Assembly: GCA_964552305.1 (NCBI GenBank)
Contig: CAZKGY010000001.1
Location: 1-25,040, forward strand
Direction: 5' to 3'
Source: an uncultured Comamonadaceae bacterium
GTDB lineage: Bacteria; Bacteroidota; Bacteroidia; Flavobacteriales_D; Sanyastnellaceae
DNA: 25,040 nt
Shown: in pieces, positions 24,381 through 25,040 of the stretch
How the letters are laid out: each line of letters opens with the position of its first letter
Numbering within the stretch: position 1 is the stretch's first letter
The notes under the pieces: model-generated
What the model saw: the letters and a program-made list of their open reading frames with translations, nothing else
What the model was told of the DNA's origin: nothing
Database searches by the model: none
Translations under genes and position numbers: made by a program

Positions 24381-25040
24381 ATGGACGTCGAACTCCTCAT
24401 CAATTCGACGTCGTCAGGCGTCGACATCGCCCTGCTCGAAGGCGGGCAACTCGTCGAGTTGCACCGGGATCGGGGAGAGGTGAACTATGCCGTGGGTGAC
24501 ATGTACGTCGGCCGCGTCAGGAAGGTCATGCCCAATTTGAACGCGGGCTTCGTGGACGTGGGCCACGGCAAAGACGCGTTCTTGCACCACCAAGATTTGG
24601 GTCCCCAATACAAGACCCAGCAGCAGTGGGTGAAGCGGGTGATGTCGGGCAAACAACCCACCGCCGACATCAGCAAATTCAAGCGCGAACCAGACATTGA
24701 GCGGAAGGGAAAGATGAAGGACTACGTGTCCGCGTCCCAGCTCGTGTTGGTTCAAGTGGCCAAGGAGCCAATCAGCACCAAGGGGCCTCGATTGACGGCA
24801 GAAGTCAGTTTGCCGGGTCGGTATCTGGTGCTCGTGCCGTTCAGCGACAAGGTGAGCCTGTCATCGCGCATCAAAGGCGAGAAGGAACGCAACAGGCTGA
24901 AGCGACTCATGCAAAGCATTCAGCCTCCCGGATTTGGCATCATCGTTCGGACGGTGGCCGAGAACAAGGGATCGGCGGATTTGCACAACGATTTGGAAGA
25001 GCTCGTGGCTCGTTGGGGCCAGTTGTTTGAGAACCTCAAG
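24381..25040 (+). CDS. Rne/Rng family ribonuclease (RNase E/G), runs off the window (absent from the ORF track)
   Basis: MDVELLINS..VGDMYVGRVRKVMPNLNAGFVDVG..AFLH (S1 domain), LVQVAKEPISTKGPRLT, SLPGRYLVLVP, GFGIIVRT. Confidence 0.97.
   Translation, partial: MDVELLINSTSSGVDIALLEGGQLVELHRDRGEVNYAVGDMYVGRVRKVMPNLNAGFVDVGHGKDAFLHHQDLGPQYKTQQQWVKRVMSGKQPTADISKFKREPDIERKGKMKDYVSASQLVLVQVAKEPISTKGPRLTAEVSLPGRYLVLVPFSDKVSLSSRIKGEKERNRLKRLMQSIQPPGFGIIVRTVAENKGSADLHNDLEELVARWGQLFENLK

Noticed and set aside
1-25040. CRISPR arrays, IS/transposases, prophage, toxin-antitoxin or defence genes, frameshifted pseudogenes
   Set aside because: None seen: nearly all sequence is explained by intact genes and intergenic gaps are about 110 bp or less.

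Overview
A GC-rich (roughly 60% by eye), densely coding core-genome segment of a Bacteroidota bacterium, most likely Flavobacteriales. The evidence is gldD/gldE, TAnnTTTG -7 promoter boxes, no evident Shine-Dalgarno motifs and an SSB tail ending DDLPF. Left to right it holds: pheT (3' truncated), tRNA-Pro(GGG), two small hypothetical genes, a cyclophilin, pheS, a TPR/membrane protein with a degenerate histidine-kinase-like tail, an M28 glutaminyl-cyclase-like lipoprotein, cysS, an SDR-type L-threonine dehydrogenase and queA. Next comes an 11.4 kb minus-strand run: mutY-ssb-gldE-gldD-coaX-FadL-like barrel-TPR-lptC-small membrane protein-CorC family-ppiD. The window ends with hup, a TPR protein, a 29-aa bS22-like protein missed by the ORF track, and Rne/Rng (truncated). 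I found no mobile elements, CRISPR arrays or defence systems. The best leads are: (1) an orphan TPR receptor with an apparently catalytically dead kinase module; (2) -7 boxes recurring 4-5 nt before start codons, suggesting leaderless mRNAs, twice as back-to-back divergent promoters; (3) a GldD that has lost its lipobox; (4) an uncharacterised barrel + Cys-rich TPR + LptC envelope module. All calls come from reading motifs by eye; no searches were run.
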